Notes: generated from the letters alone by a model not told the origin. Positions 47,742-57,852 are shown, counted from the stretch's first letter. The stretch is DNA of 64,000 nucleotides from an uncultured Gammaproteobacteria bacterium (GCA_964474445.1 CAYYSJ010000001.1:345377-409376); one strand, 5' to 3'. Translations and numbers: made by a program.

Positions 47742-49253
47742 TTAGTGTTTATTGTTATACCAATCTTCTGTTGTATCGTAGACTTTCTGAGGAGTAATAA
47801 AAACCCACTGTGCACGCTGTAACTCTGCTGAAGAACTCCCTTGCAAATCTACTAAGGTAAACCCAGTAGTATTTTCTGAAATAATCAAATCCATATAGAA
47901 ATTATGTCCTCTTGCATCTTGAATTGCAGGCAATCCAAAACCAATTCTGTGACCAGTATTACTAATATGATTAGTATACTGAAGATACATTAAAAAAGGA
48001 AACGTATACCCTGTAGATTGGTATTTATAGTCATACAGTGCAACAGATTGGCTTTTGTATTTTTCTCTTAACATATTGTTCCATGAAGATGCCCGATATG
48101 CCATATAATTAGTCCCTGCTTTTATTTGCGTAATATCTGATTGCAGAGAATAAAAACAGGTAACACAAACAAGAATAGCACCGAGGAACCAGTATTTTTT
48201 CAAAAGATAATAACAAAGAGCTCCTGTAAAAAGAAAGATAAACGGATGCAAAAACATAACATAGTTATCAAAAATAGGAGTTCTCGTATAACGAATGAGT
48301 GTAAATGCAAAAAGAAAAACTCCTACCAGCAATATCCATTGTTTTGTGACAACTCTCTTATAGATTGCACCGAGTAAAAGAAGCAGACTTCCTCCCATGA
48401 GGGTAAAACCCACCCAATTATTTCCCCCAATTGCTCCATTCCATAGATGTGGCCATAACGTACTTATATACGTTTGCCATCTTCTCCCTAGTACATTGAG
48501 TGAAATTTTATATTGATCATGAAAGTAATATTGAATCATGTGTCCAACATTGAAGAAATGATTGGTTACATCGACGTAGATAAGAGGAATCAAAGGAAGT
48601 AAGCCTCCTAATGCTAAAAAGAACAGACCTTTCTTGTTTCGTAATCTGTCAAGGATAACCACGCCTATTGCAAGTCCTACAAGAGGAACTCCTTGCAGGT
48701 GGATAGTTGCACCGAGTGTGGAAAAGAAACCTAACCAAAAAAGATACTTTGTCTTCGGATATTTTATAGAGAGCACTGCGAAGAGTATTGCTATTGCGGC
48801 AATGATGTTCAGAAGAGATTGGTTTGTTAAATTAATTGATTGAGAAATACCAATTGGAGAAATAGCACTGAAAAGTCCTACAAGCATCCCATACCATTTC
48901 CCTATCATTTTATAGCCAACATACATCATAAGTCCCGTAAAGCACACTTGAAGAAAAGTCAGAAAAATCCACGGTCCTAAAATAGAAAATGGAAGGACGA
49001 GAGCTCCTGCCATGATAAACCAATACCATTCTCCTCCTGTTTGAAAAGGACCAGCTGATGAAAAAGGTCCAAGAAGTGGTAATTTATGAGCCGCTAGCGC
49101 ATATCGTGCAATAATAACATCGTGCGCTTGATCAAAGGCAAGACCCCATCTGTTGAAATAATTATAAAACCGAAGGACTGCTGCTAGTCCAATAACTGCA
49201 ATGACAAGAATTGTGTATCCATGTGTTTTATAAAAAGAAAGGATATGCTTCAT
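47742..49253 (-). CDS. GT-C-like membrane glycosyltransferase (ArnT/PMT-like candidate)
   Basis: Length is 503 aa, with TM1 followed by a loop reading AFDQAHDVIIARYALA, then about 11 TM helices and a soluble C-terminal domain. Confidence 0.5.
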   Translation of the reverse strand: MKHILSFYKTHGYTILVIAVIGLAAVLRFYNYFNRWGLAFDQAHDVIIARYALAAHKLPLLGPFSSAGPFQTGGEWYWFIMAGALVLPFSILGPWIFLTFLQVCFTGLMMYVGYKMIGKWYGMLVGLFSAISPIGISQSINLTNQSLLNIIAAIAILFAVLSIKYPKTKYLFWLGFFSTLGATIHLQGVPLVGLAIGVVILDRLRNKKGLFFLALGGLLPLIPLIYVDVTNHFFNVGHMIQYYFHDQYKISLNVLGRRWQTYISTLWPHLWNGAIGGNNWVGFTLMGGSLLLLLGAIYKRVVTKQWILLVGVFLFAFTLIRYTRTPIFDNYVMFLHPFIFLFTGALCYYLLKKYWFLGAILVCVTCFYSLQSDITQIKAGTNYMAYRASSWNNMLREKYKSQSVALYDYKYQSTGYTFPFLMYLQYTNHISNTGHRIGFGLPAIQDARGHNFYMDLIISENTTGFTLVDLQGSSSAELQRAQWVFITPQKVYDTTEDWYNNKH

Positions 49254-49518
49254 GGTATTTGAGTGCTCTTAGTATACGATATTTTGAGAGAGAGAAATAG
49301 TGAATACCGCATAATTCACCTATGCTATACTTATACCACATTTTACTATAACTACTTCCCTGCGCTTGATTTTCTCCCGTTCCTTTTTGTCTTTCTTCTT
49401 CCCACGCTTCCTCCAAAATTATCAACAGAAGTACTTGTATTAATAACCGTGGGAGTTTTTTAATGCAATTTATATACCAAGTCTTTGGGGGGTGTATCCA
49501 GTCATAGGGATCTATCAC
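49228..49518 (-). CDS. Questionable small ORF (96 codons, GTG start) filling the only large gap of the array; may instead be non-coding
   Basis: The ORF starts 1 nt inside the stop of 49518..50279 and ends 26 nt into 47742..49253. It includes a short hydrophobic segment, LLIQVLLLIIL, and a purine-rich stretch that translates as EEAWEEERQKGTGEN. Confidence 0.25.
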   Translation of the reverse strand: MIDPYDWIHPPKTWYINCIKKLPRLLIQVLLLIILEEAWEEERQKGTGENQAQGSSYSKMWYKYSIGELCGIHYFSLSKYRILRALKYHEAYPFFL

Positions 49519-50237
49519 TAATTAACAAATCTATATTTTAGCAATGTCCACAATGCTTTTCTTCCATCCCTAAAGGTATTAAGTTTTTTCCCTTCAGCAT
49601 ATCCACGGGGTATTACCATAATAGGAATTTCATGAATAGAAAATCCTTTTTTAATAAGACGAGCAGTTATTTCTGGCTCAAATTCAAATCCTTTTGCTTT
49701 CAATTTCATCTGCAAGACAGCTTTTCTTGGAAAAAGTTTATAACATGTTTCCATATCCGTTAACCACTGACCATACAGGATACTTGTTACTAAACTTAAA
49801 AATTTATTTCCAAGGTAATGCATCACAAACCGTATTGTTCGCTCTTCTTTTAAAAAATGAGGAAGCCGATTTAACCGTGTTCCATAGACAACAGAAGATC
49901 CTTTTTTTACTGCTTCCAACATTCGAACAATATCTTTCGGATTGTATTCTAAGTCAGCATCTTGAATGACAATGTAGTCTCCTGTTGCTTTTTCAATACC
50001 CGTCCGAACTGCAGCTCCCTTTCCTTGATTTTTCGTATGTTGATAAAAGAAAAAATTTCCCTTTTTATTGGACGCAAGAAACTTTTTAATAGTTGTCGCA
50101 CTACTATCTCTTGACCCATCATCCACAATAACGACTTCTTTTTCAACATCTCCCAATGATAGCTTGAGTAAACGCTCTAGAACAGCAATAATTGTTTTTT
50201 GTTCATTAAATACTGGGATAATGATTGATAATTTCAT
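49518..50237 (-). CDS. DPM1/GtrB-like GT2 polyprenyl-phosphate sugar synthase (soluble form)
   Basis: I prefer the start MKLSIIIPVFNEQ at 50237. Motifs seen: VVIVDDGSRDSS, KNQGKGAAVRTG, VIQDADLEYNP. Confidence 0.7.
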   Translation of the reverse strand: MKLSIIIPVFNEQKTIIAVLERLLKLSLGDVEKEVVIVDDGSRDSSATTIKKFLASNKKGNFFFYQHTKNQGKGAAVRTGIEKATGDYIVIQDADLEYNPKDIVRMLEAVKKGSSVVYGTRLNRLPHFLKEERTIRFVMHYLGNKFLSLVTSILYGQWLTDMETCYKLFPRKAVLQMKLKAKGFEFEPEITARLIKKGFSIHEIPIMVIPRGYAEGKKLNTFRDGRKALWTLLKYRFVN

Positions 50238-51196
50238 TGGTAGCAAAGTTGTATTACTTGCGCATCTGTCCTTTTCCATAGCTTCCTCATGGTACTTCTA
50301 TAGAAAAGAACACGAGGAATACGCCATAATGCCATTCCTAACCCATAAAAAAATGCCACATCCTGATGCTGAACCGCTTTGGCAATGTGATATGGCAACC
50401 AAAAGACATGTTTTGCAATAAGCATTGTATCAGTAAGATTTAGCCATGTAAACAAGAATTGGTTACGATACACAATCTTCCTTACACGCAGTGGCTTATA
50501 AAATGTTTTGATAGCCCCTTTACTATGTTCATGTCTCACAACACTTTTTTGCTCAAAAAGTACGGTAAATCCTGCTTTTTGTGCCCTATATGACAAATCA
50601 ATATCTTCCCAATAGAATGGGTTATACAATTCATTTAACCCTCCCAACTTTTCCCATATACTTTTTCTAAAAGCACCGCTTCCTCCACTCACCCATAGAG
50701 TGTGAGGACTATTCAACGATCCGGCGCTATGTGCCAAAAATCCTCTCTCCCATTTTCCGACACCACGACCCCGTAAAACAATTTTCCCCTCTTCAACACT
50801 TTCATCCATGCACCCCACGGCAAACACATTAGGATCTTTAAAATGTGACAATAACGGTGTTAAAAATCCTTTTTTAGGAACAACATCACTATTAAGAAGG
50901 ATAAGGATATCTCCCTTTGCTGCTCTTACTCCTACATTGACGTTTCCTGAAAACCCTCGATTTTTCCCAAGAGGATTTTCCAAAACAACAGAGGAAAGTT
51001 TTTTACTATTTTTAGGAACAAGATCTTCTAAGAGGTGCTTTACTGCACCAACAGACCCATCTTGGGACGCATCGTCTGTGATGATAATTTCTACAAAACC
51101 TGCTCCATACTCTTCAACAGCTTTCACAACAAGAGGAATATTGTGTAAAAGTAAATCTCGTCCGTTGAAATTTGGAATAACAATACTAATATTCAT
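50234..51196 (-). CDS. GT2 glycosyltransferase
   Basis: Motifs seen: ISIVIPNFNGRDLL, IIITDDASQDGS, FYWEDIDLSYR. Confidence 0.75.
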   Translation of the reverse strand: MNISIVIPNFNGRDLLLHNIPLVVKAVEEYGAGFVEIIITDDASQDGSVGAVKHLLEDLVPKNSKKLSSVVLENPLGKNRGFSGNVNVGVRAAKGDILILLNSDVVPKKGFLTPLLSHFKDPNVFAVGCMDESVEEGKIVLRGRGVGKWERGFLAHSAGSLNSPHTLWVSGGSGAFRKSIWEKLGGLNELYNPFYWEDIDLSYRAQKAGFTVLFEQKSVVRHEHSKGAIKTFYKPLRVRKIVYRNQFLFTWLNLTDTMLIAKHVFWLPYHIAKAVQHQDVAFFYGLGMALWRIPRVLFYRSTMRKLWKRTDAQVIQLCYQ

Positions 51197-51207
51197 ATCT
51201 ATTAAGA

Positions 51208-53454
51208 TTAAAACAGTACGACGTTAAATGCAATTGTGTGCTTCCCTTTTGGCACAAATACCCCTCGCAAAACATAATCTGTCATATATACTCTTGTTTC
51301 CCTTCCGTCGATAAAGACATGCCATGTTGGATAATAGGCATCTGTTACTACCAAAAAACCATCACCACTACTGTCTGTCTGTATGGATACTTTCGAAGGA
51401 GTATAGAGAGTAATCCATGCTTTTCCTTGCATCAAAGTAATTCTTTGTTGTACTCCTTCAACGACTGCTTTGGTATTCAATGAATCTTTTTCTGCAAAGA
51501 GTTTTTCTATTGCTTGTTGTTTGGAGAAAGCGGGGATGATTTCTTTAATAAAAAATGCTCTCGGCAGTACCTGGCTGTTTTCATATACTTTTGTTTGTCC
51601 TTCTTCAAAAACTTTTTTCAATGAAAGATCATTAAGATCATCCAGACTCAGTATAAACTTTACTCCTAAAAGATTCATAAAGGGATTGTTTATGGTATGT
51701 GGAGTAATAATTCTATTAAACCCAAAAGGAGGAGTAACATCTGGCTTTCCTCTTCCAAGAGCAGCAATAAATTCACCATATCTTTGCAGATATAATGGAT
51801 CATAGACATCAAGACTCTGCAGTTGGTAGTATGCATTTACATTTGGAGGAAGTAACCTATCATCTGTTGTCATATACCGATATCCATTAAGATGCTGTTG
51901 TAAAAAAGAGATAGTTTTTGTGGAAGAATATAAAAGTTGTTGCTGCGTAAAAGGAGTAAATTTCTCTCCGAATCGTATGCCATCATAAACAGAAAGCAGC
52001 AATATAAAGGAAAACATAATCAAAAATGTTTTTCGATACCTTAAAAAAGAACCAGTAACGAGAATAAAAGAAGCAATCAGAAATAATCCAGTTGGCAACA
52101 TACTATTTCTTTTTGCTGTCAATAAATTTTCAACTGGAAAAGCAGGAATCATTTTTGTACCAAATAACAAAAATACCCATACTCCGACAAATACGAATCC
52201 AAAGATACTAATAATGAAAAGCAATTGTTTTTTTGACATGTTCCTCGCATAATCGACTCCAAAGGCTGCAAGAATAATGAGAGCAAAATCAATCAGCGAT
52301 AACAGTCTTGTCGGTTGTGATGTTGAGAGAAAAGGAATATGAAACAGAAATGGCAATGTAGCAATTGGATTTGCAGTTGCAAAAAGCAGTGATAGAAGAA
52401 GTATTCCTAAGAAGAAATAGACAACTTTTCTTCTGACAAAAAATCCTCCAATACAGGCAAAAATCAGTGGAATGATGCCAATATAGCCAACTAATTCTCC
52501 ATAATTCCATACTCCCCAATAGTTCATTGTTGTTGGGTTACCAAAAAAATCAGGAATAATAAATTGAAGAAGATGTTGATAAGGGATAAACCAACCTGTT
52601 GCATGCCAATCAAGATCAACTGTTCGTGCGGAGAGCGAAATAAGTTGCAGTGTTGGAATAAGCTGGACTAAAGAGATAAACAGCGTAAGTAGGAAGAATG
52701 TTACGAACAACATCACAAACTGTTTTCGACCACTTCTCTCCTGCCACAGTTTTAGCAAAAAGTAGAGAGTACTTACTACAGAAACATAAAAAAACGTCTG
52801 CAAATGTCCTGCTAAGAGGGACAATACTAATCCCAAGGAAACAATCACTATATAGAGAAGTCTTTTTTTTAGTACCGTTGATATAAACAACTTCTCTATA
52901 CTCCACAACAGAAACGGTAGCCACAAGAAACTTTGGACAATGGTGTTCCATTCAAGCCATGCAATGACAAATCCAGAAAACGAAAAGGAAATTCCTGCAA
53001 ATACACTTCCAAAAAAAGACACCTTTACTTGTCTTAGATAAAGAAAGAGAAATAATGCTCCTAGTACAGGGGAGAGAAAGACCTGGAATGACCATGCAGT
53101 TGCAAAAGGAAGAATAAAGAAAAGAAGGTTGAAGGGATACAAAACAGCAGATTGTTGATTCCCAAGAAGGGGCATACCTAAGCCGTTATACGGATTCCAT
53201 AATGGAAGTATTCCTTTTGTTTCTAGCTGGTATGCTAAAAATCTCCAAACATACTGTTGTCTGACAGGATCTGTAATCAGAAAATTTTTAAAAGGCAATC
53301 CTCGTGGATATTGCGCAGCAAAAGCATCTCGAAAAGGATGGTATAAGCCGACAAGACTATCTGATGGAATAGGGAGTTTATGTTGGAAAAAGAACGATCC
53401 AAAAAACATACTAATGATACTACCTATGACAAGAACACTGAGGATGTTTTTCAT
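51208..53454 (-). CDS. YfhO-like GT-C membrane glycosyltransferase (748 aa)
   Basis: First-loop motifs are LPLWNPYNGLGMPLLGNQQSAVLYPFNLLFF and D...QY. There are many TM helices and a large extracytoplasmic C-terminal domain. Confidence 0.65.
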   Translation of the reverse strand: MKNILSVLVIGSIISMFFGSFFFQHKLPIPSDSLVGLYHPFRDAFAAQYPRGLPFKNFLITDPVRQQYVWRFLAYQLETKGILPLWNPYNGLGMPLLGNQQSAVLYPFNLLFFILPFATAWSFQVFLSPVLGALFLFLYLRQVKVSFFGSVFAGISFSFSGFVIAWLEWNTIVQSFLWLPFLLWSIEKLFISTVLKKRLLYIVIVSLGLVLSLLAGHLQTFFYVSVVSTLYFLLKLWQERSGRKQFVMLFVTFFLLTLFISLVQLIPTLQLISLSARTVDLDWHATGWFIPYQHLLQFIIPDFFGNPTTMNYWGVWNYGELVGYIGIIPLIFACIGGFFVRRKVVYFFLGILLLSLLFATANPIATLPFLFHIPFLSTSQPTRLLSLIDFALIILAAFGVDYARNMSKKQLLFIISIFGFVFVGVWVFLLFGTKMIPAFPVENLLTAKRNSMLPTGLFLIASFILVTGSFLRYRKTFLIMFSFILLLSVYDGIRFGEKFTPFTQQQLLYSSTKTISFLQQHLNGYRYMTTDDRLLPPNVNAYYQLQSLDVYDPLYLQRYGEFIAALGRGKPDVTPPFGFNRIITPHTINNPFMNLLGVKFILSLDDLNDLSLKKVFEEGQTKVYENSQVLPRAFFIKEIIPAFSKQQAIEKLFAEKDSLNTKAVVEGVQQRITLMQGKAWITLYTPSKVSIQTDSSGDGFLVVTDAYYPTWHVFIDGRETRVYMTDYVLRGVFVPKGKHTIAFNVVLF

Positions 53455-54515
53455 AATAATTTTTGTAATGCTTCAACAAACCGTTCAGTAGTAAACTGTT
53501 TTGCAGTTTCCTTTGCTTTTTTCTGAAAGTCGTCATATAACGTAGTACTGCGAATAAGAGACTGTGTTTTCTCAATGAGTTCATCCTCTGTTTGCCAGAG
53601 AAATCCGTTGATTCCATCGGTAACAATCTCGGGTTGTCCTCCACTACCGATGACAACAGGTACTGCTCCTTGTTGCATTGCTTCAACCGTTGAAATACCA
53701 AAATGTTCAGTTCTATCAGGGTATTCAGTTATGTTTTCTTTAAATCCAGTTGCATGCCAGTAAATTTTTGCTTCACAATACAATTTGTGTAACTCCCCAA
53801 GTGAAATATTTTCCATAATACGAATGGAATAGTTTTTTATCATATCGTTTAACTCTTGCATATATTTCTTATCTTCCGGGAGAAAACTCCCAGCTAATAC
53901 AAGTTCCCAACCTTTCAACCCACCGTCAATCATTTTTTTAAATGTTTCAATCAATACGTCTTGTTTTTTTACCCATCGTCCATCACTATTTTTTTGGAAT
54001 CTCCCAACAGAAAGAATGATATTTTTCTTCGTAACAATATTTGGTGAAAACGTATCAACAGGAGGATAAATAACAAGACTATGAACTCCAAAGGTTTTAT
54101 CTATATATGACTTGGTAAAAGCTGAGTTACAAATAAATTTTGTGACTCGTTTGATTTTAAATCTATTAAGAAGACCTGTTGTACTTACCCATTCTACAGG
54201 GAATTGAAAATGAACATATAATTTTTTACACCCTAAAAGAGGAATACTTCCGTCGCTTAAATAAAAGATCACATCATAATCTTGCGTTAAGAAGATACGT
54301 TGTAGAACAGAATATGAAGAAGAAAAAATATTTCTTGTTACATGTATTTTTTCTGTATCAAACCCAAATTTTTCTTGCGCTTTTTTCACTATATCAGCAT
54401 CATCCCAAAAGATAGATACGTGGTGTTTTTTGGAGAAAAATGAAGCTGCTGTCAACATATATTTCTCTCCACCTCCAAGAGTATTCAGGTAAGGATCAAA
54501 AAAACCTATCTTCAC
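53451..54515 (-). CDS. GT4 glycosyltransferase
   Basis: HFGISTVEAMQQGAVPVVIGSGG is present, with an N-terminal MKIGFFDPYLNTLGGGE. Confidence 0.8.
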   Translation of the reverse strand: MKIGFFDPYLNTLGGGEKYMLTAASFFSKKHHVSIFWDDADIVKKAQEKFGFDTEKIHVTRNIFSSSYSVLQRIFLTQDYDVIFYLSDGSIPLLGCKKLYVHFQFPVEWVSTTGLLNRFKIKRVTKFICNSAFTKSYIDKTFGVHSLVIYPPVDTFSPNIVTKKNIILSVGRFQKNSDGRWVKKQDVLIETFKKMIDGGLKGWELVLAGSFLPEDKKYMQELNDMIKNYSIRIMENISLGELHKLYCEAKIYWHATGFKENITEYPDRTEHFGISTVEAMQQGAVPVVIGSGGQPEIVTDGINGFLWQTEDELIEKTQSLIRSTTLYDDFQKKAKETAKQFTTERFVEALQKLL

Positions 54516-54534
54516 AAAGCAATTGTAGCAATTT

Positions 54535-54562
54535 TTGACAATCTCTGAAAGTATGCTATCAT
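54535..54562 (+). promoter_or_regulatory. Near-consensus sigma70-type promoter TTGACA-N16-TATCAT ending 6 nt before the ATG of the small ORF, implying a leaderless transcript
   Basis: TTGACA is at 54535-54540. The spacer is atctctgaaagtatgc. TATCAT is at 54557-54562. The ATG is at 54569. Confidence 0.4.
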
Positions 54563-54568
54563 TGATGT

Positions 54569-54790
54569 ATGAACCTTCCTAATATCCCTGCGTGGGGACT
54601 TTTTGTTCTTTTCGTATGGTCTTTGCTCTGGAAAGGATTGGCTCTGTGGACCTCTGCAAGACAAGATCAGCGAAATTGGTTTGTTGTTATGCTTATTCTC
54701 AATACCGTTGGACTTTTAGAAATTGCCTATCTTTTCTTTTTCGCAAAAGAAAAATTAAGAATTCGCAGCTTACAATTTTGGAGAAAATAG
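54569..54790 (+). CDS. Small 2-TM membrane protein (73 aa) on the opposite strand inside the array
   Basis: Sequence: MNLPNIPAWGLFVLFVWSLLWKGLALW...WFVVMLILNTVGLLEIAYLFFF. It has two clear hydrophobic helices, lies in the only ~250-nt non-minus-coding pocket, and follows a near-consensus promoter. Confidence 0.5.
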   Translation: MNLPNIPAWGLFVLFVWSLLWKGLALWTSARQDQRNWFVVMLILNTVGLLEIAYLFFFAKEKLRIRSLQFWRK

Positions 54791-57139
54791 TTTCTTTTTA
54801 AGCATCACACTCGCTAGTAGTGCCACGAGTCCTATACATGCCCCCCATAATCCCATATAAAAGCTTGTGGGCTGGTATGAAAAAACAATGGTATGAACTC
54901 CGGCTGGTACCTCAACAGCTCTGAAAGCAAAATCTGCACGATACAAATGGGTATCTTGTCCATCCATAAAGGCTTTCCACCCAGGATAAAATTGGTCAGA
55001 AATAAAAAGTAACATTGCCGTTTTGGCTGATGTTTGAATCTTCACGTTATTTGCTTTATAGAAAACAATCTTAGTATGAGCTTGTGTATCTTCTGAGATT
55101 GCCTGGTTTGGTTTTTCTTCCAAAACAACTGTCCTTCTCAGATCAGTGTCCTTTGCAAACATGGTATCAAGAATCGACTGTTTTTTTTGCTTCAACACAT
55201 AGTTTCCAACAAGAAAAGCTCTTGGATAGACAGACGTATTTTCTAATATTCTATATGAAGCATCCGTATACAAAGGTGAAAACTGGTTTGATGGATAATT
55301 CCAATATGGCAATGTCCATCCCATATTATCGTCAGAAACCTTATGGACAAGGTATTTTACATTCAAAAGATTCAGAACTTGTGAAGTATAGAGACCTTGT
55401 CGAGGAAACGTTACAACTGATCGATCAGCCTCATGGAATTCCCCGTCATTTAACGATGCAATAAACTCACCATATCGTCTTGGATATAACGCATCATATC
55501 CTTCAAGTCCTGGGAGTTTATAGTAGTCTGATACTTGCGCTCCAAAATTTCCCAAAACTCTTTCATATCCTGCAATCCGACTGAACGCTTGTGTCACTGG
55601 TACGTTCTCGTACACAAAATTTTTGGGATCAAACGATTGCCATTTTGTGACAAATCGATACATATCAAAAGCAACAAAACAGAGAAGGAGTACGAAACAA
55701 ATATATTTCACTCTTTTCTGAGGAACCATTCCTATAAACAGACAAAGAATAAAACCCAAAGCGATACTCGTTGGAAGAATAAGATTTTGCTTGGCAATAG
55801 GTATTTTCTCGAGTGGAAGAAAAAGCTTTTTTGCAATCACGATCCACAACAACCCGAATGCAATAATAACAAAACCCATCAATAATCCTGGTATTTTCTT
55901 TTTATTGTCTGAGAGGAAATGATAGAGACTATCCAACCCAAATCCCGCAAGAAGTGCAAAAAAGAAACTATATACACCCACAATACGGCTTAATGCGCTT
56001 GTTGATAAAACAGGAATATGAAGTCTTACAAACACATCGGTAATGGGAGTATCAAGAGCAAGAAGAACGCAAAGGATTCCTGTTACAAAGGCGAATCGTA
56101 CAATAGATTTTTTCCAAAGCGTAAGTGAGAACAATGCAAGGAAAAAAGGAATAATACCAATATACATATTCCATTCAGCATAATGCCCAAACCAGTCATT
56201 TCGCGTAACAGGATTTCCAAGAAAATCAGGAGCAAGAAGCGTTGGTAGATAAGCAAGAGGAATGGCTTCTCCTTTTTGGAATAGTCCACTTCTCAGAGAT
56301 TGCGTATAAAATTCAAGGGACGGGAGGATTTGTGGTAAGCATAACAATATTCCACTGAAAAGAGCTATCCCTGAGAACAAAGAGAGAAATAATGATTTTT
56401 TTTGAAACGATTTATAAAGATAGTAGGCAAGTGTTGCTAACAAGACATAGAGGCTAATCTGAAAATGACCGCTAAAAAACGACAAAGGAAGAGAAAATGA
56501 AAGAAGGAAAAGATACTTTGTTTGTTTGGTTGAAAAAAATCCTTCAAGTCCAGTGAGTGCATACGGTAAAAAAAGCAATGCATATCCTAATGTTGCGTAT
56601 CCCATCCAGACTACCAAAAATCCACAAAACATAAAGGATATGCTTGATAAAAGTCCTCCCCATTTGCTCACTCCTACCTGTCTGGCAAAAAGATACATAC
56701 CAATTCCGGCAAGAAGCGGTTGGAAGAGGACAAGCAAACTCCATCCTTCTACAAAAGGCGTAAAAAAGAAAAGAACGTTAAGAGGTGATAAGACAGCAGA
56801 TTGATAATTAGCAAGAAGGGGTGTCCCTCCAAAACTGGACATATTCCACAAGGGAAGTTGTCGGTGCTTCCAAAGCGATATTGCTTCATACCTCCACGGA
56901 TAGATTTGTGTAATAACATCAGGCATTGCTCCATTTTTTACAGGAATTCCATTTTGAGGGTATGCACTCCATGGAGCAAACGTGGTGACTTGGTAGGTTG
57001 AGGAAAAAGGAACTTTATTATGAAAAAAATACGGTATACAAAAAATGAACCAGAGAGCGATAATACAGATAACAGGATGAAATAATTTTTGCAGTAAATA
57101 AGTCTTCATAGTCAATTCTTTTTTTGTTGCATCTCCCAC
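54770..57139 (-). CDS. YfhO-like GT-C membrane glycosyltransferase (789 aa; alternative start Met at 57109)
   Basis: First-loop motifs are LPLWNMSSFGGTPLLANYQSAVLSPLNVLFF and D...IYPW. The C-terminal domain ends with the anchor MGLWGACIGLVALLASVML. Confidence 0.65.
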   Translation of the reverse strand: MGDATKKELTMKTYLLQKLFHPVICIIALWFIFCIPYFFHNKVPFSSTYQVTTFAPWSAYPQNGIPVKNGAMPDVITQIYPWRYEAISLWKHRQLPLWNMSSFGGTPLLANYQSAVLSPLNVLFFFTPFVEGWSLLVLFQPLLAGIGMYLFARQVGVSKWGGLLSSISFMFCGFLVVWMGYATLGYALLFLPYALTGLEGFFSTKQTKYLFLLSFSLPLSFFSGHFQISLYVLLATLAYYLYKSFQKKSLFLSLFSGIALFSGILLCLPQILPSLEFYTQSLRSGLFQKGEAIPLAYLPTLLAPDFLGNPVTRNDWFGHYAEWNMYIGIIPFFLALFSLTLWKKSIVRFAFVTGILCVLLALDTPITDVFVRLHIPVLSTSALSRIVGVYSFFFALLAGFGLDSLYHFLSDNKKKIPGLLMGFVIIAFGLLWIVIAKKLFLPLEKIPIAKQNLILPTSIALGFILCLFIGMVPQKRVKYICFVLLLCFVAFDMYRFVTKWQSFDPKNFVYENVPVTQAFSRIAGYERVLGNFGAQVSDYYKLPGLEGYDALYPRRYGEFIASLNDGEFHEADRSVVTFPRQGLYTSQVLNLLNVKYLVHKVSDDNMGWTLPYWNYPSNQFSPLYTDASYRILENTSVYPRAFLVGNYVLKQKKQSILDTMFAKDTDLRRTVVLEEKPNQAISEDTQAHTKIVFYKANNVKIQTSAKTAMLLFISDQFYPGWKAFMDGQDTHLYRADFAFRAVEVPAGVHTIVFSYQPTSFYMGLWGACIGLVALLASVMLKKKLFSPKL

Positions 57140-57852
57140 AGTCTTGCATAGGTAATAAACATACTGTAGGACTGATACATACTCTCAATTAACCCCATTG
57201 TTCCTGCTTTCCATCCTCCCTGCTTTATATACGAGTCGAAAAAGCCTGTAAGCATAACACGTATGAGTCTCCATGTAACAATACGCGGATGGTTGGTATC
57301 AAGACGAAGTTGCGCTTCTGTTTGTGACCACTGAATTGTCTTCTCAAGCATTGAGGTTAAATTACGATGTGTGTAGTGAAAAAGGAAACCATGCAAGTCC
57401 CCAATTCTTCCATGTACTTTTGCTGTTTCATGCAATTTCCCAAACCATCCTTCTAAGTGACTCTTTTTAAAAAGTCTTTCTAATTGTTCTATCTTTGGCC
57501 ATGGGTAATTGCCTAAATAAAAGTTTTTCCTTTTGACTCGAAAAGCATCGTAGGAATCTTTTTGAATAGCTGCAAGAATTTGTTCCTTAAGCTGAGGACT
57601 TACCCTCTCGTCGGTATCAATATAGAGTAACCATTCTCCTTTTGCCTCCTGCATTCCGATATTTCGCTGTTTTGCAAAATCAACATCTGTTCCCCGAACT
57701 ACTCGAGCTCCTAATTGTTTGGCTAGTGTCACGGTATTATCAGTAGACCCAGCATCTACTAAAACAACCTCATCACAAAAATGCAGTGACTCAATACAAT
57801 CTTTTAGAAGGTATGCTCCATTTTTTGCAATAATAATTCCTGAAAGTTTCAT
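57112..57852 (-). CDS. WaaE/KdtX-like GT2 glycosyltransferase
   Basis: Motifs seen: LSGIIIAKNGAYLL, VVLVDAGSTDNT, IDTDERV. Its C-terminal half is similar to 39075..39842 and 58763..59674. Confidence 0.65.
   Translation of the reverse strand: MKLSGIIIAKNGAYLLKDCIESLHFCDEVVLVDAGSTDNTVTLAKQLGARVVRGTDVDFAKQRNIGMQEAKGEWLLYIDTDERVSPQLKEQILAAIQKDSYDAFRVKRKNFYLGNYPWPKIEQLERLFKKSHLEGWFGKLHETAKVHGRIGDLHGFLFHYTHRNLTSMLEKTIQWSQTEAQLRLDTNHPRIVTWRLIRVMLTGFFDSYIKQGGWKAGTMGLIESMYQSYSMFITYARLWEMQQKKN

Noticed and set aside
50068-51805. Plus-strand ORFs 50068..50421, 50808..51227, 51238..51483 and 51470..51805
   Set aside because: All are antisense to strong minus-strand GT2 and YfhO-like genes and lack domain signatures. 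They are treated as shadow ORFs.
54592-54801. Alternative-frame 69-aa ORF overlapping the small 2-TM ORF
   Set aside because: The 54569..54790 frame gives two clean TM helices and sits correctly behind the promoter. The alternative frame is arginine/serine-rich and unstructured.
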